A DNA stretch of 64,000 nucleotides from Malacoraja senta (Eukaryota), in NCBI GenBank assembly GCA_038087875.1, contig CM075992.1:11782001-11846000 (forward strand), read 5' to 3'. The translations under genes were made by a program, and so were the position numbers. Positions within the stretch are counted from its first letter, which is position 1, and the number at the start of each line of letters is the position of its first letter. The notes beneath the pieces were generated by a model, which had not been told where the DNA came from, made no database searches, and was given only the letters and a program-made list of their open reading frames with translations. Positions 52,424 to 64,000 of the stretch are shown piece after piece.

Positions 52424-53514
52424 CAAACCTACCGACTCCCATGGCTATCTGGACTACACTTCTTCCCACCCTGCTTCCTGTAAGGACTCCATCCCCCACT
52501 CCCAATTCCTCCGTCTACACCGCATCTGCTCCCAGGATGAGGCGTTCCACACCAGGGCATCTGAAATGTCCTCATTGTTCAGGGAACGGGGGTTCCCCTC
52601 CTCCACCATAGATGAGGCTCGCACCAGGGTCTCTGCCATACCCCGCAACACTGCTCTCTCTCCCCATCCCCCCACTCACAACAAGGGCAGAGTCCCCCTA
52701 GTCCTCACCTTTCACCCCACCAGCCGTCACATACAACAAGTGATCCTCTGTCAGTTTCGCCACCTCCAACGTGACCCCACCACTCGCCACATCTTCCCAT
52801 CTCCCCCCATGTCTGCCTTCCGCAAAGACCGCTCCCTCCGTAACTCCCTTGTCAATTCTTCCCTTCCCTCCCATACCACCCCCTCCCCTGGTACTTTCCC
52901 TTGCAACCGCAAGAGATGCAACACTTGTCCCTTCACCTCCCCCCTCCACTCCATTCAAGGACCCAAGCAGTCGTTCCAGGTGCGACAGAGGTTCACCTGC
53001 ATCTCCTCCAACCTCATCTATTGCATTCGCTGCTCTAGATGCCAGCTGATCTACATTGGTGAGACCAAGCGGAGGCTTGGCGATCGTTTCGCCGAACACC
53101 TCCGGTCGGTCCGCAATAACTAACCTGAACTCCCGGTGGCTCAGCACTTCAACTCCCCCTCCCATTCCGTATCTGACCTCTCTGTCCTGGGTCTCCTCCA
53201 TGGCCACAGCGAGCAACACCGTAAATTGGAGGAAATGCACCTCATATTCCGCTTGGGCAGTCTACATCCTGGGGGTTTGAACATTGAATTCTCCCAATTC
53301 TGCTAGCCCTTGCTGTCCCCTCCCCTTCATCAGCCATCTGGTTGTCTCCTCCCCTCCCCCAGCCCTCGGGCTCCTCCTCCACATTTTTCCTTTTTTCCTT
53401 TCTTCTCCCCACCCCCTATCAGTCTGAAGAAGGGTTTTGGCCCGAAACGTTACCTATTTCCTTCGCTCCATAGATGCTGCTGCACCCGCTGAGTTTCTCC
53501 AGCATTTTTGTGTA
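52424..53514 (+). mobile_element. Penelope-like element (RT C-terminus plus GIY-YIG) nested in CR1
   Basis: YKPTDSHGYLDYTSSHP and FTCISSNLIYCIRC..C..IYIGETKRRL motifs; cccata duplication at 52418-52423 and 53515-53520. Confidence 0.9.
53421..53454 (+). ncRNA. Minimal hammerhead-ribozyme motif at the Penelope 3' end
   Basis: AGU-CUGAAGA-AGGGUUUUGGCCC-GAAAC-GUU-ACC. Confidence 0.6.
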
Positions 53515-55151
53515 CCCATAAGAATTTTGTAAGTTTCTAAAAGATCCCCTCTCAATCTCCTAAATTCTAGCGAGTTTAAGCCGAGTCTATCCAGTCTTTG
53601 TTCATATGAAAGTCCTGACATCCCAGGAATCAGTCTGGTGAACCTTCTCTGCACTCCCTCTATGGCTATAATGTCCTTCCTCAGATTTGGAGACCAAAAC
53701 TGTACGCAATACTCCAGGTGTGGTCTCACAAAGACCCTGTACAACTGCAGTAGAACCACCCTGCTCCTATACTCAAATCCTTTTGCTATGACATCTAACA
53801 TACCATTCGCTTTCTTCACTGCCTGCTGCACCTGCATGCCTACTTTCAATGACTGGTGTACCATGACACCCAGGTCGCGCTGCAGCTCCCCTTTTCCTAA
53901 TCGGCCACCATTTAGATAATAGTCTGCTTTCCTGTTTTTTCCACCAAACTGGATAACCTCACATTTATCCACATTATACTGCATCTGCCAAATATTTGCA
54001 CACTCACCCAGCTTATCCAAGTCACCTTGCAGTCTCCTGGCATCCTCCTCACAGCTAACACTGCCCCCCAGCTTAGTGTCATCCGCAAACTTGGAGATGT
54101 TGCCTTCAATTCCCTCATCCAGTTCATTAATATAAATTGTAAATAGCTGGGGTCCCAGCACTGAGCCTTGCGGTACCCCACTAGTCACTGCCTGCCATTG
54201 TGAAAAGGACCCGTTTACTCCTACACTTTGCTTCCTGTATGCCAGCCAGTACTCTATCCACATCAATACTGAACCTCCAATACCATGTGCTTTATGTTTG
54301 TATATTAATCTCTTATGTGGGAACTTGTCGAAAGCCTTCTGAAAGTCAAGATACAACACATCCACTGGTTACATCACCTCCCAGTCCCTGTCTCTATCTC
54401 CACCCTTCCCTTCCACACCTCACTCCATCTGCTTCCTCACCTGTATCCACCTATCACTTCCACACTTGCCCCAATCCCTCCCGCACTCTTTGCAGTGACT
54501 ATCTCCCTTCGATTCTTTCTGCCCACATGAAGGTCAGAACCTGTCCATTTTCCACCAGAGATGCTGCCTGACCCACTGACAATTCTCCTTTGTTGTGCCA
54601 GATCCCAGCATCTGCGATCTCTCGTGCCTCCTAGACTACCACATGATTCACTCTCATTCAAATATTCATCACAAGAGAAATAGAACAATTTTCTTGGTCT
54701 TTTAAAAACCGAAGGCTTTGGTGCGATCTGAAAGAAAGGGCGGTTAGTTTTGTCCATGCTTCCATCGCTGATACACTGGCTCTTGAGGCAATGCGATTCC
54801 GGAATGAGCAGTCTTCCCTTGATAGGGTTAGAGACACCTGGTGATTGAAGGTGGGGAGACTGGGAAACTTGAGGCAGAGTGAGGTACTGCCTTGCCTCAG
54901 CTTTCCCATCTTGGCGTCATGGATACCCGTTGAACCATCCGTACCATCCGCCATTCAGGAACTGCAGATACTGGCTTATAGAAAAAGACTCAAAGTGCTG
55001 GAGTACCTCAGCAGACCAGGCAGCATCACTGGAGAACAGGTACAGGTGACATTTCGGGTGGTCGGGGAGGGGAAGAAAGCTGGAAGAGATGTCTGTGCAG
55101 GACAAAGCCTGGCAAGTGATATGTAGATACAAGTGGGGAAGGGGCTGATTA

Positions 55152-58100
55152 ACTCCCGTGGATTTTGAAGAAACAGCAGGAAAAAACACTGATTGGCTCT
55201 AGCTCGAGTGGGAGGAGAGTCAGAAGTGAGTTAGAGGGGGAAAAACAGTTGAAAAAGAGAGGCAAATCACAGGCAGACTTAACTCGGAGCTCCTGTGAAT
55301 TTTGAAGAAAGCAGCAAAGAGAAGCAGGAAAAAGCACTGATTGGCTCTAGCCCGAGTGGGAGGAGAGTTAGAAGTGAGTCAGAGAGGGAAAATAGTTTAA
55401 AACTGAGGAATTTGGTTTGTAAATTAGGCAATTTATCAGTCAATATAAGCAAGTCGGCTCTTAGGGAGTGGCCTTGTGAGGGAAGTGCATTGTGAGAAAA
55501 ATATGAGTCTTTGGCTCGAGAGTCTTTGGCGAGGAGGCTGAGGAGAGGAGGCTACGCATAAAGCTGGAGAGGACGGAACGTGGTGAGCACATGTCGGGGC
55601 AGATGAGACAGTGTGAGGCTTGCAGAATATGGGAGCCCAGGGACACAGATGGAGTCTCTGGCTGCTATACCTTTGGCAAGTTCATTCAGGTTCAAAAAGG
55701 ACCGTGTTGGGGCACTGGAGAAACAACTTCATTACCTCCGGGCCATCCGGGAAAACGAGTTTCCTGGACAGGACATAAAGTGAGGTAGTCACGCCGAGGT
55801 TACGGGAAGAACCAAGGTATGTGATGGAGAGAAAGGGTGGAAATCGTGGAGTGCAGAAGACTCAGGTGGCTGTGCCTAATGAAAACAGGAACGCCCTCTT
55901 GGGAACTGTCCAGGGAGGCAATGTTTCCAGTCCGAGCGGCGGACACATCGGTGGCTCCAATCCTGGAGATGGAACTCGACCGGCGAGACCGACGTCAGGC
56001 AGAGCTTTCGTGGTGGGTGACTCCATTGTCCGAGGAATGGACAGGAGATTCTGTGGCGGCAGACGAGATGCGAGGATGGTCTGTTGCCTCCCTGGTGCCA
56101 GGGTTCAGGATGTCACGAGCCGAATTCTGAACATCCTCGAGAGAGAGAGAAGGTGAACAGCCGGCAGTAGTTGTGCACGTAGGCACAAACGACATTGGGA
56201 AGGAGGTTCTCCAACATGACTTCAGAGAGTTGGGAAGAAGACTGAAAGGCCGGACTTCTACGGTGGTTATCTCTGGATTGCTTCCAGTACCTCGTGCTAG
56301 TGAGCACAGGAACAGAGAGATAGGGGATCTGAATGTGTGGCTGAGGGGCTGGAGCAGGGAGCAAAGATTTAGATTTATAGACCACGGGGATCTCTTCTGG
56401 GATCGGGGTGACCTATAGAAAAGGGACAGGTTACACCTTAACTGGAGGGGGACTGACATTCTGGCAGGCATGTTTGCTAGCCCTACACGTGTGGGTTTAA
56501 ACTAAATAGTGGGGGGGAGGGGTTGACATATTGGGAGTATAAAGAGGGAGTTGAAGGGGAAGTGGCTACAGGAAAAATTACAAAAGATTCTCGAATTAAT
56601 GGGATGGAAAGGTTGTGAATGGACAACAGAGTAAGGTCAGGGCCAATTGCGAGCGGTGCGAGGGGGGAAGTGAATACGGAGGTCAAAGTGCTGTAAATGA
56701 ATGCGCGAAGTATAAGGAATAAAGTGGACGAGCTTGAAGCTCAGTTAGAAACTGGAAAGTATGATGTTTTGGGAATTACTGAAAAATGGCTGCAAGAGGG
56801 CCAGGGCTGGGAACAGAATATTCAAGGGTATACCTCCTATCGAAAAGACAGAACGGTGGGCAGAGGGGGTGAGGTTGCCCAGTGGGTGAGGAATGAAATT
56901 CAGTCCCTTGCAAGGGGTGACATTGAAACAGGAAATGTGGAGTCAGTATGGATAGAACTAAGGAATTGTAAGGGTAAAAAGACCCCAATGGGACTAATCT
57001 ACAGGCCCCCAAACAGAAGCCTGGACATAGGGCGCAAGTTGAATCGGGAGTTAAAATTGCCATGTACTAAAAGTAATGCTGTGGTTGTTATGGGAGATTT
57101 CAACATGCAGGTAGACTGGGAAAATCAGGTTGGTACTGGATCCCAAGAAAGGGACTTTGAAGAGTGCCTTAGTGATGGATTCTATGAACAGCTTGTATTG
57201 GAACCTACCAGGGAGAAGGCAATTCTGGATTTAGTGTTAAGTAATGAACCGGATTTGATAAAGGACCTCGAGGTTAATGAGCCATTAGGAGGCAGTGACC
57301 ATAACATGGTCAGGTTTAATCTACAATTGGAGAGGGAGAAGAGTAGATCGGAGATATCAGTGTTGCAGTTGAATAAAGGGGGCTATAGGGCCATGAGGGA
57401 GGAGCTGGCCAAAGTTGACTGGAAAGATACACTGGCAGGGATGACAGTGGTACAAAAATGGCAGGTGTTTTTAGGAATAATACAGAAGGTGCAGGATCAG
57501 TTTCATTCCTACGAGGAAAACAGATTCTAGGGGGAGAAAGGGACGACCATGGCTGACAAGGGACGTCAGGGACAGTATAAAAATTAAAGTGAAAAAGTAC
57601 AAAGTAGCAAAGGTGATCGGGAAGCAAGAGGATTGTGTAATGTTTAAAGAACAACAGAAGATAACCAAAAAGACAATACGGGGAGAAAAGATGAGGTATG
57701 AAGGTAAGCTAGCCAAGAATATAAAGCAGGATAGTAAAAGCTTCTTTAGGTATGTGAAGAGGTAAAAATTAGTTAAGACCAAAGTTGGACCATTCAAGAT
57801 CGAAAAAGATGAATTTATTATGGGGAACAAGGAAATAGCAGATGAACTGGTACTTTGTATCTGTCTTCACCAAGGAGGACACAAACAATCTTCCTGATAT
57901 AGTAGTGGCCAGGGGATCTGGGATGACAGAGGAACTGAAGGAAATCCACATTAGGCAGGAAATGGTGTTGGATAGACCGATGGGACTGAAGGCTGATCAA
58001 TTCCCAGGGCCTGATGGTCTGCATCCCAGGGTACTTATTTTCCCAGGGTGATAATTTTCCAATGTTCTATAGACTCGGGATCAGTTCCTATGGATTGGAG

Positions 58101-58985
58101 GGTAGCTAAAGTTATCCCACATTTTAAGGAAGGCGGGAGAGAGGAAACAGGGAATTATAGACCAGTTAGCCTGACATCGGTGGTGGGTAAGATGCGGGAG
58201 TCAATTATAAAAGGTGAAATAACGGCACATTAGGATAGCAGTAACAGGATCGGTCCGAGTCAGCATGGATTTACGAAAGAGAAATCATGCTTAACGAATC
58301 TTCTGGAATTTTTTCAGGATGTAACTAGGAAAATGGACAAGGGAGAGCCAGTGGTTGTAGTGTACCTGGACTTTCAGAAAGCATTTGATAAGGTCCCACA
58401 TAGGAGATTAGTGGGCAAAATTAGGGCACAAGGTATTGGGGATAGAGTGCTGACATGGATAGAAAATTGGTTGGCAGACAGGAAACAAAGAGTAGGGATT
58501 AACGGGGTCCCTTTCAGAATGGGAGGCAGTGACTAGTGGGGTGCAGCAAGGCTCGGTGCTGGGACCGCAGCTATTTACAATATACATCAATGATTTAGAA
58601 AAGGGATTCAAAGTAACGTCAGCAAATTTGCAGATGACACAAAGCTGCGTGGCAGTGTGAACTGTGAGGAGGATGCTATGAGAATGCACGGTGACTTGGA
58701 CAGGTTGAGTGTGTGGGCAGATGCATGGCAGATGCAGTTTAATGTGGGTTGTGAGTCTGTGGATTCTCTGCCTCAGAGGGCGGTGGAGGCCGGTTCTCTG
58801 GATACTTTCAAGAGAGAGCTAGATAGGGCTCTTAAAGATAGCAGGGTCAGGGGATATGGGGAGAAGGCAGGAACGGGGTATTCATTGGGGATGATCAGCC
58901 ATGATCACATTAAATGGCAGTGCTGGCTCGAAGGGCCGAATGGCCTACTCCTGCACCTATTGTCTATTGTTTGTTGTCTATTGAT
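55152..58985 (+). mobile_element. CR1, full-length at the 5' end, with an internal 3' deletion near 58747 (cassette 3)
   Basis: Paralogous to 46.9-48.8 kb; ORF1 esterase plus APE/RT motifs. Confidence 0.9.
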
Positions 58986-59125
58986 TTTCCAATACTCCTC
59001 TATGTACCTGAAACAAGCTGCTATGGCCTTGCCTCTTCCCATTCATGCCAAGTACAAAGCACAAGCTCCCCAGTGAGGCAAAACAGTAAAGTATTAAACA
59101 CAAAAATATGAATGTCACCACCCAC

Positions 59126-59278
59126 CTTTGCAGTCTCTGTTGTCTGTGAAGTTACGTTGTTTGCTCGGGTGGAAATATCCTGCTTTACAGGTACAGTAGT
59201 AGCTTCCCACTGTGTTGTGACAATCAGTGTTGTTGCCACACAGTGTTTGTGCAGAGGTTCCATTACATTCATCTTCAT
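59126..59278 (-). CDS. ADGRE-like calcium-binding EGF exon, copy A
   Basis: ccatccag|ATGAAGAT...TGCAAAG|gtgggt; 153 nt, phase 1-1; (D)[50 protein letters not shown]; six Cys, DxDEC and CxNxxGSYxCxC motifs. Confidence 0.9.
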
Positions 59279-60694
59279 CTGGATGGAGGAGGAGGAAAAA
59301 GATCCAAGCTTTAATAAAAACCAAGAAGGGATGAGTGTCTGTTGCCCATGCCAGCCCTCACACTCCACAGCTGATCATTCCTGGTCCTATCGTGACCTGT
59401 CCCTCCATCTCCACCATCCCTTGATTCAATCAACATTCACAATGTCAGCCTGGTGTGTCCTCAACAACTGTGGCTCCACAGTGAGGAACAGGAAGACACA
59501 CAACCTTCTGAGCAAAGGGACCTTTCCTCAGCCCAGGCCTAAACGGACAAAGCCGCTGCCTCTCTGCTCCTCTGTTACTCCCACATCTACATCAGCAAAC
59601 TTGCTTCTTGGTGCTTGGTTTCTTAGTCCTCCAAAATATTCCAAATGGAATTTAAACTGGAGGTGGCGGAGGGAGGATTAGATTTTTTCTGCTTTTTGTG
59701 AAGTGTGTTATGTCATTACAAGGAGTCTTGCCTACCCCTGCTTCTCACAATACCCCTCACTCCTCCCCCCACCTACCCCACCTGTCCATCACCACACATC
59801 TCTCCCAGTGGACCCCCTCCCCCTCCGTTGTTCCCATCCCCCACTATTCTTCCCATATTGATTCACTCTTCACCTTGCTTTCCTATCAAATTCCAGAATC
59901 TGGAGCCTTTTCTTGTTTCCACATCACCTCCCTGTCTCTATCTCCACCCTTCCCTTCCACACATCACTCCATCTGCAAATTAACCCTTGCTCATCTGTAT
60001 CCACCTATCACTTTCCACACTTGCCCCAAGCTCTCCCCCACTCTTTGCAGTGGCTATCTCCCTTCTATTCTTTCTGCCCACATGAAGGTCAGAACCTGTC
60101 CATTTTCCACCAGAGATGCTGCCTGACCCACTGACAACTCTACTTTGTTGTGCCAGATTCCAAACCTGTCCTATCCGTGTACAGGGTCTGTCTAACAACA
60201 TCCAATTCACCAGCTCACCTTGGATTCCTGACTAGTCTACCATGTGGGACCTTGTCAAAGTCCAAAGTCCATATAGACAACATTGCCCTACCCCCATCAA
60301 TCCTCTTGGTGACTTCATGAAAAAACTAATTTCCCACATAAAAAGCCACGCTGGCTGTAGAACATGGAATTTTGGAACAAACCTGCCATAATGTCCTGTC
60401 TGACTGGTTTATTTGATGCAACTGATGTCAATCACAAGTCATGGCACAGTTGGGTAAAAGCAATCTTATGAAAGTTAGAGTCAACTGTCTTTCAAAGGCC
60501 ATAAAAATGTCAGAAAAGTTCACGCTGATCAAACAAGGTGGACGGAGGGAAGCTTATTAATTTCACACTGCTAGACGGCTCAAATATCAGAAAGAATGTG
60601 AGGAAAAACTGAGATCTAAGCTTTTGAATTGGAATCATCTTGTAGCTAAAAGTTGGGGGAATGTAATTGATATACGGCAGCATTGTAAGGAGAG

Positions 60695-63600
60695 GTGGGA
60701 GGCTGCAAGTTGAATCAGGAGCTAAAATTGGCATGTCGTAAAGGTAATGCTACCGTTGTTATGGGAGATTTCAACATGCCGGTAGACAGGGAAAATCAGG
60801 TTGGTACTGGACCCCAAGAAAGGGAGTTTGTGGAGTGCCTCTGTGATGGATTCTTAGAGCAGCTTGTATTGGAGCCTACCAGGGAGAAGGCAATTCTGGA
60901 TTTAGTGTTGTGTAATGAACCGGATTTAATAAAGGAACTTGAGGTTAAGGAGCCATTAGGAGGTAGTGACCATAATATGGTCAAGTTTAATCTACAATTG
61001 GAGAGGGAAAAGGGTAAATCGGAGGTGTCGGTGATACAGTTGAATACAGAGGGCTATGGAGCCATGAGGAAGAAGCTGGCCACATTGACTGGAAAAATAC
61101 ACGAGAAGGGATGACAGTGGAACAACAATGGCAGGTAATTCTGGGAATAATACAGACGGTGCAGGATCAGTTCATTCCAAAGAGGGAGTAAGATTCCAAG
61201 GGGAGTAAGAGGCGACTGTGGCTGACCAGGGACGTCAGGGACAGTATAAAACTAAAAGAGAAGAAATGCAACATAGCATAGATGACTGGGAAGCAAGAGT
61301 ATTGGATAATGTCTAAAGAGCAACAGAAGAGAACTAATAAGGCAATACGGGGAGAAAAGATGAGGTACGAAGGTAAGCTAGCCAAGAATATAAAGGAGGA
61401 TAGTAAAAGCTTCTTTAGGTATGTAAAGAGGAAAAAAATAGTTAAGACCAAAGTTGGACCCTTGAAGACGGAAAAAGGTGAATTTATTATGGGGAACAAG
61501 GAAATGGCAGATGAGTCGAACAGGTACTTTGGATCCGTCTTCACTTAGGAGGACACAAACAATCTTCCTGATATACTAGTGGCCAGAGGATCTGGGGTGA
61601 CAGAGGAACTGAAGGAAATTCACATTAGGCAGGAAATGGTGTTGGGTAGACTGATGGGACTGAAGGCTGATAAATCCCCAGGGCCTGATGGTCTGCATCC
61701 CAGGGTACTTAAGGAAGTGGCTTTAGAAATCGTGGATGCATTGGTGATAATTTTCCAGAGTTTTATAGATTCAGGATCAGTTCCTGTGGATAAGAGGGTA
61801 GCTAATGTTACCCCATTTTTTAAGAAATGCGGGAGAGAGAAAACAGGGAATTATAGACCAGTTAGCCTGACATCGGTGGTGGGGAAGATGCTGGAGTCAA
61901 TTATAAAAGATGAAATAGTGGCACATTTGGATAACAGTAACAGGATCGGTCCGAGTCAGCATGGATTTACGAAGGGGAAATCATGTTTGAGTAATCTTCT
62001 GGATTTTTTGAGGATATAACTAGGAAAATGGACAAGGGAGAGCCAGTGGATGTAGTGTACCTGGAGTTTCAGAAAGCATTTGATAAGGTCCCACATAGGA
62101 GATTAGTGGGCAAAATTAGGGTACAAGGTATTGGGGGTAGAGTGCTGACGTGGATAGAAAATTGGTTGGCAGACAGGAAACAAAGAGTAGGGATTAACGG
62201 GTCCCTTTCAGAATGGCAGGCAGTGACTAGTGGGGTGCCGCAAGGCTCGGTGCTGGGACCGCAGCTATTTTTTTTTTTTTTTTTTTTTTTTTAATTTTTT
62301 ATTTATTAGAAGTAAGTACATTACATTACAACCACATACATTAGTACTCGTCACTTATGTCTTCTTACAATTAATGTACTCCATTTATTTTATACACTAG
62401 TAAAAGGAAAAGATTGAAAGAAAGAAGAAAGTGAAGGAAAAAGTGAGAGTGTAGAAAATGTGACAACAAAAAAGGACGAAGACCCTATAAGAACAAAATT
62501 AAAAACAAAAGAAAAAGAGTTAAGAAATAGACCCTAGAAAAGAAAGAGAAAGAGGAAAAAAAGAGAAACAAATATTTTTATGAGCATTACGTAAATGGGA
62601 CATACCAACTCTTCAACTATCATCCCCCCTTACCTGACCTCAATTTTTTTTTTAAGGTATCTTTGCACCCTATATTTGTAATAATTCTATAAATGCAGAC
62701 CACGTCAGGTGGAAGTGATCTGGTTTACCTGCTAGGAGGAGTCTTATCTCTTCTAGGTGTAATGTTTCGAACATATTTGAAATCCACATGTTTATAGTTG
62801 GTATTGGAGCCTTCTTCCAAAATTTTAGAATTAGCTTTTTCCAGTTATTAACCCATAGTCTATTAGTTTCTTTTGAAACACATTTAGTTCTGGACCATCT
62901 TCCGTTATTCCAAAGATAATCCATTCTGCTTTGGGTATCAGTCTTATTTTAAGTACTTTTGTAAAGATTTCGTAAATTTCAGTCCAAAATGTTTGAATTT
63001 TTGTACAGAAAACGAATCATTGCGCTATAGTAGCTTCTTGGGATTGACATTTATCACAAATAGATGATACATTTGGGAACATTTTATGAATTTTAGTTTT
63101 CAAATAATATAATCTATGTAAAATTTTAAATTGTATTAAAGTGTGTCTTACATTAATCGAACATTTATGCACGTTTAATAAGTGTTCATTCCAACTTTCC
63201 TTTGAAATTTTAATAGCTAACTCTTGTTCCCAGTCTCTTCTGATACCCTCCGTAGATGGTATTTGTACATTTAAGATAATATTATACAAATATGATATTA
63301 AGTTTGCTGATTCAGCTTTTATCTGCATTGCCTCATCCAATATATCTGCTGGGTTATTATAGTGATCTTTTGTATATTTTTTCAAATAGTCTCATATTTG
63401 AAAATATTTAAAATATTGATTATTTCTGAGTTTATATTTTATTTGTAATTGTTGAAATGAAAGTAATTTTCCAGTTTCATACAAGTCACCGAGCATTTTC
63501 ATTCCTAATCTATCCCAATGTGTAAAAGCGTTATCTATAATAGAGGGATTAAACGAAGGGTTATTAACTATGGGTAATAAAAGTGATAAATTTCTTAATT

Positions 63601-64000
63601 TTAAATTTTGTTTTATTTGTTTCCAAATTCGGATTGTACTATGAATAATTGGGTTCTTATTATAATTTATATTATTCAGTTTCATTGTATAATATACATC
63701 AATGATTTAGATGAAGGGATTCAAAGTAACATTAGCAAATTTACAGATGACACAAAGCTTGGTGGCAGTGTGAACTGTGAGGAGGATGCCATGAGAATGC
63801 AGGGTGACTTGGACAGGTTGAGTGTGTGTGCAGATGCATGGCAGATGCAGTTTAATGTGGATAAATGTAAGGTTATCCACTTTTCTAGCAAAAACAAGAA
63901 GGCAGATTACTATCAAAATGGTGTCAAGTTGGGAAAAGGGGAATTACAACATGATCTGGTGGTCCTTGTTCATCAGTCAATGAAAGTAATCATGCAGGTA
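60695..64000 (+). mobile_element. CR1, 5'-truncated (cassette 4), running off the window end
   Basis: Same truncation point and upstream flank as the 42390 copy. Confidence 0.9.
62268..63686 (-). mobile_element. L1-clade LINE 3' end with poly(A) tail, nested in CR1
   Basis: Poly-T on the plus strand at 62268-62292; FKILHRLY and CDKC..H..C zinc-knuckle region; CR1 resumes at about 63688. Confidence 0.85.

Larger units (their letters stand above)
52052..54370 (-). mobile_element. CR1 3' half inserted only in cassette 2, same subfamily as 2116-4465
   Basis: 303-aa RT ORF; (ctatgtat)n tail; interrupts tcttgtttc|acatcacctcc, which is contiguous in the other cassettes. Confidence 0.9.
6474..59278 (-). 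other. Partial adhesion GPCR gene, EGF-TM7/ADGRE-like (EGF x3, linker, GAIN, GPS); both ends outside the window
   Basis: Eight exons with AG/GT ends splice in frame (phases 1-1, 1-1, 1-1, 1-0, 0-1, 1-1, 1-0, 0-0) into cbEGF repeats followed by GAIN/GPS, the typical ADGRE architecture. Exact orthologue not determinable. Confidence 0.9.
41863..64000 (+). repeat. Tandem segmental duplication array of CR1 plus EGF-exon cassettes
   Basis: Block X 44870-46160 matches 50965-52050 plus 54370-54600 and 58747-60160; block Y 46160-48700 matches 54600-57100; block Z 41863-42480 matches 60187-60800. Confidence 0.92.

Noticed and set aside
45209..59278. Positive selection among EGF copies
   Set aside because: Hand counts (C vs B 5 nonsynonymous and 2 synonymous; C vs A 3 and 3) are too few and compatible with neutrality.

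Overview
Repeat-dense vertebrate DNA. The mix of CR1, tRNA-SINE and Penelope repeats suggests a cartilaginous fish such as a skate or ray (inference). The only host gene is a minus-strand adhesion GPCR of the EGF-TM7/ADGRE (EMR/CD97-like) type. I reconstructed eight exons by hand with canonical AG/GT ends and consistent phases: three near-identical 153-nt calcium-binding EGF exons (59126-59278, 51337-51489, 45209-45361), a 38-nt linker micro-exon, three GAIN exons and a GPS exon (HL|TSFAVLM). The signal-peptide and 7TM exons were not found and presumably lie outside the window. The introns hold CR1, L2, Rex1, RTE, Vingi-like and L1 LINEs, Penelope-like elements carrying hammerhead-ribozyme motifs, two DIRS1-type tyrosine-recombinase retrotransposons with recognisable ITR/ICR architecture, tRNA-SINEs and a MITE. 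The most notable structure is a tandem array of EGF-exon plus CR1 cassettes (about 41.9-64 kb). It includes a chimeric CR1 that appears to record the unequal crossover that duplicated an EGF exon. Repeat boundaries are read by eye and approximate, and family names come from motif recognition, not database searches.
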